From Eledone cirrhosa (lineage: Eukaryota), in assembly GCA_964016885.1 (NCBI GenBank), contig OZ024760.1:12028001-12092000 (forward strand): a stretch of DNA of 64,000 nucleotides. The letters run 5' to 3'. The stretch's first letter is position 1, and the number at the start of each line of letters is the position of its first letter. A model generated the notes under the pieces. The model had not been told where the DNA came from and searched no databases. It saw only the letters and a program-made list of their open reading frames with translations. Both the position numbers and the translations under genes were made by a program. Positions 31,696 to 44,468 of the stretch are shown in pieces.

Positions 31696-31744
31696 CACAC
31701 AAATGTGTCGTTTGCCTTATTTTTGTTTACCTTTTACATGCATA

Positions 31745-31790
<46 letters not shown>

Positions 31791-32351
31791 TTATATATAT
31801 ATACATATATGGATGGGTGTGTAGGGAGTTAGATAAATAGAATAGATAGATAGATTTTTAGCGAGATAGTGACACAGACACACAACACAAACACCCACAC
31901 CCCCACACACAAACACACAACACATAACACACAACACATAACACATACACACACAAAACAGACAGACAGAATGCTAGAACGACAACAGACCAGAACAGAG
32001 AGAGATAGAGAGGGGGGGGGGCGTGAAGTAGAAACAATCATTTGTATTATTATTATTCTGTCTCCTTCACTTTCTCTCTCTAATGATAATAATGATAATA
32101 ATTTTAAAAAAAATAATAATAATTGTTTCTACTTTAGGCACAAGGCCAGCAAATACCTAGTGTATTACTGGTACTTTATTTTATCGACCTCGTAAGGATG
32201 AAAGGCAAAGTCAACCTCGGCGGGATTTGAACTCAGAAAAATAATAATAATGATCTCTTTATTGGCCACAAGGGCTGACATCAAGAAAATAACAATAACA
32301 ATAATAATACGAAGAAGAAGAAGAACAAGGCAAAGAATAATAATAATAATA

Positions 32352-32386
<35 letters not shown>

Positions 32387-32659
32387 GAAGAAGAAGAAGC
32401 AAAAAGATGGAGATAGTGAGATAAGAGAGATTGCAAATGAGGCAGAAATAGTTAGAGAAGACAAAGACAGGGGAAAGATAGGTTGAGATAGGTTGAGTTA
32501 TTGGAGCGTGGGAATATGATAGTGGCGTTCTTCTAACAATTCATTGAATCTTCAGCTGCTGGCATCCTTCCAAAAATTACTGTTTTAAGGTGAAGGAGAA
32601 CGTTTGTCCCCATTGATGGCTTTTCATCATCAAAATAACTGTTATCCAGTCGGCCGGGC

Positions 32660-32855
32660 TATCTCTCTATCTTCCTCTTGCTCTCTCTCTCTCTCTCTAT
32701 CTTCCTCTTGCTCTCTCTCTCTCTATCTTCCTCTTGCTCTCTCTCTCTCTTCCTCTTACTCTCTCTCTATCTATCTCTCTCTCTCTATCTTCCTCTTGCT
32801 CTCTCTCTCTCTATCTTCCTCTTGCTCTCTCTCTCTCTATCTTCCTCTTGCTCTC

Positions 32856-32886
<31 letters not shown>

Positions 32887-33240
32887 ATCTTGCTCTCTCT
32901 CTCTCTCTCTCTCTATCTTCCTCTTGCTCTCCCTGTCTCTCTATCTCTATCTTCCTCTTGCTCTCTCTCTCTCTATCTTCCTCTTGCTCTCTCTCTATCT
33001 TCCTTTTGCTCTCTTTCTATCTCTCTATCTTCCTCTTGCTCTCTCTCTCTCTCTCTCTTCCTCTTGCTCTCTTTCTCTCTCTATCTTCCTCTCGCTTTCT
33101 CTATCTTCCTCTTGCTCTCTCTCTCTCTATCTTCCTCTTGCTCTCTCTCTATCTCTCTATCTTCCTCTTGCTCTCTCTCTATCTCTCTATCTTCCTCTTG
33201 CTGTCTCTCTATCTCTCTATCTTGCTCTTTCTCTATCTCT
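32660..33240. repeat. Compound polypyrimidine repeat ctatcttcctcttg(ct)n
   Basis: Direct reading of the sequence. Confidence 0.9.
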
Positions 33241-33260
33241 CAATAATTTCTATACTTTTC

Positions 33261-33323
<63 letters not shown>

Positions 33324-33398
33324 CAAAGAAATTTGCGAGAGAGCAAGAGAAAGATATATATATATATATATATATGCATATATGTGTGTATGTGTATA

Positions 33399-33443
<45 letters not shown>

Positions 33444-33455
33444 GTGTGTATATAT

Positions 33456-33511
<56 letters not shown>

Positions 33512-35031
33512 CTGTATATATATATGTGCATGTATATGTGACATTGCTCCTGTAACACGCCATACACCAATTCTACAACACAGGAAATTAATTGCTACAG
33601 TAATTGCTGCCTCCTGGATTTTGGGCATTTTCAGATTTCAGAACAAATTTCAAATTTTACTGTTATTAGTTTCAATTAAATTTGAACAGTTTTGCTTGAC
33701 GAAAACAATATCATCTTCTCCCCTTCTCCACCGTGGATAAAAATTAAAATAAAAGCAGACGACAGCAATAACAACAGCAATAATAGAAAATAAATAATAA
33801 AAAATAGAAAAAGTTGAGATAAAAATTGTTTTCCGCGATTTTTAATATTATTCTGGAATTACAAAAGAAGAAAGGAATGAAGAAAAATGAAAAAAAAACA
33901 AAAAAAAAACGAGACAGACAGAAATTGTTTTTGACGATTTAATGACAATAATAATAATAATAATTGTTTCTACTTTAGGCACAAGGCCAGCAATTACCCA
34001 GTGCATTACTGGTACTTTATTTTTATCGACCCCGTAAGGATGAAAGGCAGAGTTAACCTCGGCGAGATTTAATAATAATGATGGTGATGATGGTGATGAT
34101 GGGGATGTTAGTGATGATGATGATGATGATGGTGATGGCCGTGGTGGTAGTAGTGATGATGATGGTGAGGGTGATGATGATGATGGTAATGATGATGATG
34201 GTGATGGTGGTAATGATGGTGGTGATGGTGATGATGATGATGATGTTAGTGGTGATGGTCGCAGTGGTCGTGATGATGATGATGGTGAAGGTGATGTTGG
34301 TCGCAGTGGTAGTGGTGATGGTGATGGTGATGGTGATGGTGGTGAAACTGATGATGATGATAACAATGACGGTGACGATGATGATGATGATGATGATGAT
34401 GGTGGTGAAACTGATGATGATGATGATGATGATGATGATGACAATTAAAAGAATGCTTTATTAAAAAACAAAAAGCCCCAAACCCTCCCCGAAAATCTCC
34501 TCAGATCAGATCAGATGCTTTTCCAGTCGAAAGCCAAACGTTTTTGAAGTGGTTATGTAATAATTGGTACCTGACGACGAAGATGAGTGGAATGAGTTTT
34601 AAGAAGAGGGTGTTTGGAAATATCTTTTGTTTCTCCAGTCTGATAAAAGACAGGAGAGGGAGGTAGAAAGGGAGAGAATTCATGGTTGTTTACTGAACAC
34701 ACAACAATTCTTAGGTTAAATGTCACATTCCAATTTTGTGTTTTAAAGTAATTTATAGCTGGGCATGTGTATGTATGTATGTATGTGTATATGTATGTGT
34801 GTATGTATATGTGTATGTATATGTGTGTATGTATGTGTATCTATAGCCGGGTATGTGTGTATGTATATATATATATATATATAGCCGGTTATATGTGTGT
34901 GTTCATCTATAGCCGGGTATGTGTGTATGTGTATATATAGCCGGGTATGTGTGTATGTGTATATATAGCCGGGTATGTGTGTGTGTATATATAGCCGGGT
35001 AGTATGTTTGTGTGTGTATATAGCCGGGTAT

Positions 35032-35064
<33 letters not shown>

Positions 35065-35595
35065 GCTGGGTATGTGTGTGTGTATATAATCTATAGCCGT
35101 ATATGTATGTCCACGTGCATGCCTGTGTGTGTGTGTGTGTCCGTGTCCTCGCGTACGTGAATGTGTGTATGAATATTTCTGCACGTGTCACCGTATATGT
35201 ATGTGTGTGTGTTCTCGTGTATGCTTGTGAGTATATGTCTTTGTGTACGTGTTAGTGTATGAGGGTGCTTGAGTATATATGTACGTATATATGTATGTAT
35301 GTATATATGTATATATATCTGTGTGTGTATGTATATATATATATATGTGTGTCTGTGTGTGTGTATGTATGTATATATATATATGTGTGTGTGTGTGTGT
35401 ATGTATATATATATATGTGTGTGTGTGTGTATATATGTGTATGGTCGGGCGCGGGCTCGTATTTACGACATTATCTGGGTGTACGCGAATGTGTTGCCAT
35501 TGGTTTTGACATTAAAGCCATGTTTCTGCGATGAATCAATATTTATGTTTGTCTCCGCAAGTTTCATGTTACCTCGACCCCCTTTTTCTCTCTCT

Positions 35596-36975
35596 ACACC
35601 ACACCACACCACACCACACCACACCACACCACACCACACTACACCACACCACACCACACCACTACACTACACTACACTACACCACACAACACCACACCAC
35701 ACCACACTACACCACACCACACCACACCACTACACTACACTACACTACACCACACAACACCACACCACACTACACCACACCACACTACACCACACCACAC
35801 TACACCACACCACACCACACCACACCACCACACTACACTACACTACACCACACCACACCACACTACACCACACCACACCACACTACACTACACCACACCA
35901 CACTACACCACACCACACTACACCACACCACACCACACCACACCACCACACTACACTACACTACACCACACCACACCACACTACACCACACCACACCACA
36001 CTACACCACACAACACCACACCACACCACACCACACCACACCACACCACACCACACCACACCACACCACACCACACCACACCACATCACACTACACTACA
36101 CTACACTACACTACACTACACTACACTACACTACACTACACTACACTACACTACACTACACTACACTACACTACACTACACTACACCACACCATACTACA
36201 CTACACTACACTACACCACACAACACCACACCACACCACACCACATCACACCACACCACACCACACTACACCACACCACACCACACCACACCACACCACA
36301 CCACACCACACTACACTACACTACACCACACCACACCACACCACACCACACCACACCACACCACACTACACTACACCGCACCACACCACACCACACCACA
36401 TCACACCACACCACACTACACTACACCACACCATACTACACTACACCACACCACACAACACCACACCACACCACACCACACCACATCACACCACACCACA
36501 CTACACCACACCACACTACACAACACCACACCACACCACACCACACCACACCACACCACACTACACAACACCACACCACACCACACCACACCACACCACA
36601 CCACACCACACTACACTACACTACACCACACCACACCACACCACACCACACCACACCACACTACACTACACCGCACCACACCACACCACACCACACCACA
36701 TCACACCACACCACACTACACTACACCACACCACACTACACCACACCACACTACACAACACCACACCACACCACACCACACCACATCACATCACACCACA
36801 CCACACTACACTACACCACACCACACTACACAACACCACACCACACCACACCACACCACATCACACCACACCACACTACACCACACCACACTACACAACA
36901 CCACACCACACCACACCACACCACACTACACTACACCGGGGGGGGGGGGGCACCGTACTACCACACCACACCACA
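35596..36975. repeat. (CACCA/CACTA)n pentanucleotide array
   Basis: Direct reading of the sequence. Confidence 0.95.
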
Positions 36976-37666
36976 CCCCACATTTTTTCTACTTTTTTTT
37001 ATATTCATTCCATACTGACTGCTTATAGGTCCTCCTCCCCCACCAAAGCCCGTCCCTCCCCCTCCCCACCACACCAACCCCCGTCCCTCTCCCCCTCTCC
37101 CCACCAAAGCCCGTCCCTCCCCCTCCCCAGCACACCAACCCCGTCCCTCTCCCCCAAACAGTTTGACTCTTCATGTATTATTTGCTTTGTCGTTTGAAAG
37201 CAAATGATGGAGAGGGACACACACATATACATACACACACACATATCATACACACACACACACACACACACATATACATACACACATATATACATACACA
37301 CACACATATACACACACACACACATATACATACACACATACATATATACATACACACACACACATATATACATACATACACACACACATATACATACACA
37401 CACATACATATACAGGGCCACACACACAGGCAGGGACACACGCATATATACAGGGACACATACACACACAGAGGCAGGGACACCCACACCCACACATTCA
37501 CACAGAAGAGGAAGGTGTTCCCCTACATTTCAGTTTCTCATGAGGGAGAAGGTGGGGAACATATAACGTTAACCCCCCCCCCTCATTCCCAACCCCAACA
37601 TCTCTAGCAGACCTTAGAGAACCCCCTAGTTTCTAAAACCCATTCCTCCTCAAAGCTAATAATTAA

Positions 37667-38102
37667 CCCCTTTGCTACCAAACCACCTGAAACTAAGGAC
37701 AAAGTGTTTATATTTATCCCCAAATCCTCCATCTTAACTTTATATTAGAACTTTTGTTAACACTTTAGTTACCTGGCCAAAACAGCTCTGGTTCTATGAA
37801 ATAAAGTCACCTATTTTAAAGGTTTCTAGTTTAAATTAAAATCTTTCAACATAATTTTATGTAAGAACCTTACATTAAGTTACTATTTTAGTAATGAAAT
37901 GATTAAAGATTTTAGTAAAACCAGCTCTGGTTCTATGAAATAAAATCATTCATTTTAAAGGTTAACAATTTCAGTTAAAATCTTCCAGCATAATTTTATA
38001 TAAGAAGAATGAAATGATTAATAATTTTAGTAAATCCCTGAAAATTCTTCATTAATTGATTAAAATAGAGTGTATTTCATTAGAAATGTGGTCATGAAAG
38101 GG
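37667..38102. mobile_element. piggyBac-like MITE, family 2
   Basis: TTAA|CCCCTTTG...GAAAGGG|TCAA. Related copies at 46121-46503 (opposite orientation) and about 45390-45582. Confidence 0.55.
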
Positions 38103-38498
38103 TCAAATCTTTGTTTAAGTTATGCCCCAAATCAGACAGTTTCCTAAATCCCTCAGATAAATTATGAGAAAATTATTCATAAATTTATGTTTATGGAGAG
38201 GCATGTCGTCCTAATGTTGCCAAAAATAGTAAAAACACACTCACTGTGTGGTTTGGTTTTTGTTTCAGTATATTTATATAAATAATTTAGCTGGCAATGT
38301 TTATCATTGATTGACCAACAGTTAAAAATGTAATTAATCAAAGTTCTTTTGACACACATTTCTGTGATATCTTTAGTGATTATCGCCGTTTCCTCCTGTT
38401 GCAAAACAAATACATATTTAGAAACTAAATAGCTCCAAGTTCTTGTTTGTTTTCAAAGTTATTTGAAAAACATGGGCATAGGCAGTGTCTTTCTTTAA

Positions 38499-38718
38499 CC
38501 CTTTCACATTTACATTACTCTATATATACTATTGTATTTTTGCAGTAAAGGCTTTATCTCATATAATTATCTCACATAATATCGAATATATGAGATTTGA
38601 TATTATTTGTTTTGAGAACAATACCTTAACGTCAGTATGAGGGGCCAGTTACGGCTGGTTTGAATAGAAAGAGGTGAGAGAATTCTGGCTGGATATGGCC
38701 GGTTTAAATGTTAGAGGG
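38499..38718 (+). mobile_element. piggyBac-like MITE, family 1
   Basis: TTAA|CCCTTT...AGAGGG|TTAA with a single 72-bp-like unit. Other partial copies near 5775-5973, 7910-8030, 14060-14375 and 55420-55540. Confidence 0.8.
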
Positions 38719-39823
38719 TTAAAAATATGGTAACAAAAAGGTTAAGCTTGAGTTTTTGGGGCTGTTTTAGTAACTTTTTTTCAATGCTTTGTTGTTATAA
38801 TTCCTTATTTATGGTACTTACAGGAAAGGTATTTAGCCATAGAAAATCTGTCAAAGAAAGGGTTGGCAGGACTCTTTAGCTGTGTCAAAGACATGACAAC
38901 CTCCCTCATAATATGGTTGGTGTTAGGAAAGGCAGTTAACAATAGAAAACCTATTAAAAAAATGGTCGGGAGGACTCTTTAGCTGTGTCAAAGACATAAC
39001 AACCTCCCTAATGCTGGTGCAATGATAAAATACACTTGGTAGAGTGTGGGAACATATGTCAGCAAGATACAGGTCCTCCTCAGCCCATGCAAGAACTTAG
39101 TGGCCCTGCTTGAATAAGGAGTTGGTCTGTGAAGACCCATCCAAACCTTGCTCAACTGTCCAGTCTAGTTCTACATATGTGCAGCTACTGCACACCCCAA
39201 AATGCAAAGAGGAATGTTACTGGGTGAAATGTGATAGTCTGGAAGTGCTGCAGTCTCACAACTGTCCAGTCAATTTCTGCATATGTGCAGTATCTGCACA
39301 TATGCAGAAATGCAGTGAGGAATGTTACAGGGTGTAGTGTGAAAGTCTGGACATATCACAGTCTCTCTCTCTCTCTCTCTCTCTCTCCACCGTCCAGTCA
39401 ATTTCTGCATATGTGCAGACACTGCACATCCCGACATGCAGCGATGAATCACATGGGATGCAGGATGCAGTGTGACAGTCTGGCTATGAAGCACTCTCTT
39501 CACTTTAGCATTAAATTCTAATCTATATCACAATAGCTGTACACTGCTATTTGGCCGTCAGTCACACAAACTGTTAGAGACATTCCCAAATTTTCTTCTA
39601 GAATTCATGGAATACAAATGTCAAGCAGGGGAGGGAGGGGGATATTATTAGATATATTTTGTGTCAACATTGTCTATTTGGCCCCTTCCCTATCTCATTC
39701 TCCCTCTCTCTCTAGTTTACTTTCCCCCTATCTTCATATCTGTATCTGTGTATGTACAGACACACACACACACACACACATACACACATATATATATATA
39801 TATACACACACACAGACAGACAG

Positions 39824-39888
<65 letters not shown>

Positions 39889-40035
39889 GAAATGACAGCA
39901 CAAAAGCATGCAAAAATTTATATATATCTATTTTATATAGAAATGACTTCAACAGGACTAGTACTGTTTCATTCATATGAAATCATCAGGAGACATTCAT
40001 GATGGTTTCATGCAAATTATATATATATATATATA

Positions 40036-40065
40036 TGATGAAGGGCTTATGCCCGAAACGTCGTC
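40036..40065 (+). ncRNA. 5'-truncated minimal hammerhead motif
   Basis: (TA)n TGATGA A GGGC-TTAT-GCCC GAA AC-GTC-GT C. C3 and the 5' strand of stem I are replaced by the TA tract. Confidence 0.55.
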
Positions 40066-40354
40066 CCCCACCCTCCACTCTCAAGCGTGAACCTAATACT
40101 AACACTTTGTACTGCACTCTTCGTTATTGTTTTTGTCTTCTATTTTAACTTATATATATAATAATAATAATAATGAAATTATTGTGTACAGTGCTCAGGT
40201 GCACTACAACTCATCAAAGGTGCATGTATAGTACATAGAATAATGTACAAATGTCAGGAAAGTGAACAGTGTAATATATACGGGGTAACAGATTATTGTT
40301 AAGTGTAGTCCACTTAAGTGTAGTCCAGTTATGGTACTCCGGGTAGTGGATGAT

Positions 40355-40477
40355 ATCTCATAAGCTCCAATGAATTGACTGGTTATAACAATGTATTGGT
40401 GATCGATTGATGCAGAAACAGGTGGGTAGCGATCTCTAGACCTACCAGTCCAGAGAAACAATTGTCAGCTATGAGAT
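40355..40477 (+). ncRNA. Decayed type I hammerhead with extended stem II
   Basis: Stem I ATCTCAT(A)AGCT/AGCTATGAGAT, core CCAATGA instead of CTGATGA, GACTGGT...ACCAGTC, GAA AC-[AATT]-GT C. Confidence 0.6.
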
Positions 40478-40524
40478 TAAAGCCCTTATTGTATAGCAAA
40501 CCGTGTCACTCTTCTTTCTTGAGT

Positions 40525-40567
<43 letters not shown>

Positions 40568-40785
40568 CATCATCATCTCCACCATCATCACCACCATCAT
40601 CACCACCATCACTATACACCATCACCACCACCATCATCATATGTCACTCTTCTTTCTTGAGTTATATATATATATATATGTATATATAAATCAGGAAAAG
40701 AAGAGTGACATATGATGATGGTGGTGGTGGTGATGGTGTATAGTGATGGTGGTGATGATGGTGGTGATGATGATGGAGATGATGA

Positions 40786-40827
<42 letters not shown>

Positions 40828-41018
40828 CATCTCCACCATCATCACCACCACCATCACCATCATCGCCATCATCACCACCACCACCATCACCACTACCACC
40901 ACCATCACCACCATCACCATCATCATCACCACCATCATCACCATCACCATCATCATCGCCATCATCACCACTACCACCACCATCACCATCATCATCACTT
41001 CCATCACCATCACCACCA

Positions 41019-41079
<61 letters not shown>

Positions 41080-41199
41080 AATCAGGAAAGAAGAGTGACA
41101 TATGATGATGGCGATGGTGGTGGTGGTGATGGCGATGATGATGATGATGGTGGTGGTGGTGATGATGGTGGAGATGATGATGATATATATATATATATA

Positions 41200-42330
41200 T
41201 ATATCATCTCCACCATCATCACCACCACCATCACCAACCATCATTATCACTTCCATCACCATCACCACCACCATCACCAACCATCATCATCACCACCATC
41301 ACCATCATCATCACCAACCATCATCACCATCACCATCATCATCACCATCATCATCATCATCACCATCACCATCATCACCATCACCATCACCATCACCATC
41401 ATCATCATCACCATCACCATCATCACCATCACCATCACCATCACCATCATCATCATCACCATCACCATCATCACCATCACCATCACCATCACCATCACCA
41501 TCATCATCACCACCATCATCATCATCACCATCACCATCACCATCATCACCATCATCACCATCACCATCATCACCATCATCGTCGCCGCCATCATTTGACA
41601 TTTGTTTTCCCTCCTTAGCAAGGGTTGGACAGGTTGTGACAGTCGAAGAGGTCAGTACGTACATTGAGCCACTGACCTCAGAGATTGACCCCTGGGGGAA
41701 GGGGACACGTCGTATCACATACATTACTACACTCCTTCCTCCGCTGCCCTAGCATGGAAATAGAGAGGGCAACAGCTATGACAACGACGACGTTGACGGT
41801 GATGCTGATGGTGATGATGGTGATGATGGTGGTGGTGGTAATGTTGATGGTGATGATGGTGATGGTGATGATGATGGAGGTGATGATGATGGAGGTGATG
41901 ATGATGGTGATGATGATGGAGGTGATGATGATGGTGGTGGTGGTGATGATGGAGGTGATGATGATGGTGGTGGTGATGATGATGGAGGTGATGATGATGA
42001 TGGAGGTGATGATGATGGTGGTGGTGGTGATGATGATGGAGGTGATGATGGTGGTGGTGGTGATGGTGGTGATGGTGATGATGATGATGGTGATGATGAT
42101 GATGATGATAGTGATGATGATGGTGGTGGTGGTGGTGATGATGATGGTGATGGCGGTGATGGTGGTGATGATGATGGTGATGGCGGTGATGGTGGTGATG
42201 ATGATGGTGATGGTGGTGATGATGATGGTGATATTGATTGTGATTATGATGATAATGATGATGGTGATGGCGGTGATGGTGGTGATGATGATGGTGATGT
42301 TGATTGTGATTATGATGATGATGGTGATGT
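41200..42330. repeat. Opposed (CAT/CAC)n and (GAT/GGT)n tracts around a short unique spacer
   Basis: 41200-41590 is CAT/CAC-rich and 41795-42330 is GAT/GGT-rich. Similar tracts at 8940-9135, 9870-10205 and 34078-34440. Confidence 0.9.
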
Positions 42331-43781
42331 TAGTCTGTCCGTTCTCTGTGTTTTCTCCGCTTTTCAAAAGCAACTTATAAAATCAATCAAGATTTGTAAA
42401 TTTTATATTTTCTTTTATGAAAAAAAAAAAAAAAAAAATTATTTATTCATTCTAAAGGAAAAAAAATCAAATAATAATAAAGTCAACCCGCATTTTCTAC
42501 CCCTGTAAGATGTGATGTGGGGCCGATTGTCGCACTTGGCGGTGAATTGAGGGTCGTTTTGGTTTTTTGTCCAACCCCCTTCTTTCTGTCGCTCTGGTCA
42601 TATATTTTGGTGTGTTATAGTTGTCAGGTTCCTAGCAATAATTAATTGTATTTCTTATATATGTTTATATTTGTCTTTATGTTTAAAACTTCTGAAAGAA
42701 TTGTGAGCAATTAAGAATGTTAGTTGTGGATATATTTACATTAAAAACAAATAAATTCCTTTCTATTTATATCCTACCATAGATGAAAACAGAAATTGTA
42801 TTCACATTAAGCTCACAAAGTTAGCTTAGAGACGGTTGGCTTTTGGCAGGACCTGCTGGAAGGGGTGTTTAAAGCCTTTGCTCCCACGACCCTCTCAGGA
42901 ATAAGTGGGCGAAGAAGGAGAAAAAAGTGGCTTAAAACTATTGATAATTACATAGAAATTGTTGAAAAAACTGTTAAAATAATCTTGTAAATATGTAAAA
43001 TAGAAATATGTAAAATTTAGCTATTTCATGAATTAAACTTTGAAAAAATAATTGATATAATTACATAGATATGAAAAAGAAAGATAAAAACAAAATTAAG
43101 TAGTAAGAGAAATAAAGAGGGAAAGGGATAAAGAAGGGTAGATCTGGTTGTATGGAAAAGTAGAGGAAAGGACTATAAATGCCATTATTTGTGTTGTAAA
43201 TGATGAGAAAGAAAGAATTTGAAAAAGGATATGTAAACATTTTAATTGTTTGTCAGGGCATGTGTTACTAAGGGAGGTAACTGCTTCTCTCTTCGAATAC
43301 AACGTCGCCCCGTAAAATGAGAAAGTTCAATGCTGTTGGGCAACTCTTATCTGGCGGGTCACACATTTTTAACGGGGGCCCGCAGCAATGACTGTTATAA
43401 TAACCCAACTGACTTTTTATAGATAAGCACTTCCATATTTCTTATCTCATATAATTTAACAGTTTTTCATCTTTTTTTCTCCTTTCTTTTCTTCTGTTTA
43501 ATTCTTTACGAATGCCAGACATGAAAACATTCTCAAAAGTTCGATTCTAACACAACTTCTGACAATAATACCGATCGATCGTGTTTGGATTTTACCAAGT
43601 GTTTTTCTATTTTAGTCGTCTTGAGTGGTTTAAAAAAAATTAAATTTAAAAAAAACAACAGCAAAAAACGAGAATGTGAGCAACCGGATTAATATATATA
43701 TATTATATATATATACATGGTAAGTTATTCATTTGTGAAGGAGGATCTATGTATGTATATTGTTATTTCTGTTTATCTTTT

Positions 43782-43829
<48 letters not shown>

Positions 43830-44130
43830 GAAGTAATTCCATCGGAAAAGTCCAGGAAAAAAGAGTGCTCTATGTATGCAACAGAGCTTAATTATTATTA
43901 TTATTAAGTAATAAACAACATAAGGCAAATATTCCATTTACCAGTGGTTTCTTAAAAGCAAAAGGTTTTGCTTTCAATCCTGTTGTTTATTACTTAATAA
44001 TAATAATATATATATATATATATATATATAATCCCGACCGCGGCGTCAAGCGGTTTCTGCATGTATGTTCAGCAAGCCTTTATAAGGGTGTACTGGTCTC
44101 CCCACTCTCAATACCGCAGACTCTCTCTCA

Positions 44131-44198
<68 letters not shown>

Positions 44199-44399
44199 GT
44201 GTGTGTGTAGGTGTGTGTAGAAATCCGTAGATGAAAGATCGAGGTAAACAGTTCTCAAGTCCACGTGCCCGTGGAAGGGCCAGTTTAAAAGCGCCTCCTT
44301 CACTCTACAGTGGTGGCCATAACTGGACTCCGAAAACCGATGGTCGTACACACATGTTAAGTGTATGAAACTTTGTCTATGTAGTCAGAGGCATTCGGA

Positions 44400-44468
<69 letters not shown>

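Noticed and set aside
32604-33740. Leu/Ser-rich and Ile/Tyr-rich ORFs (and the many similar ones across the window)
   Set aside because: Translations of (CT)n, (TA)n, (CA)n and (CAT)n microsatellites.
34570-34700. Possible first (non-coding) exon of the ITIH-like gene on the - strand
   Set aside because: Only a weak donor (cag|gtacc) and unique-looking sequence, which is not enough without transcript data.
35269-37197. 642-aa and 495-aa His/Thr/Pro-rich ORFs
   Set aside because: Translation of the (CACCA/CACTA)n pentamer array.
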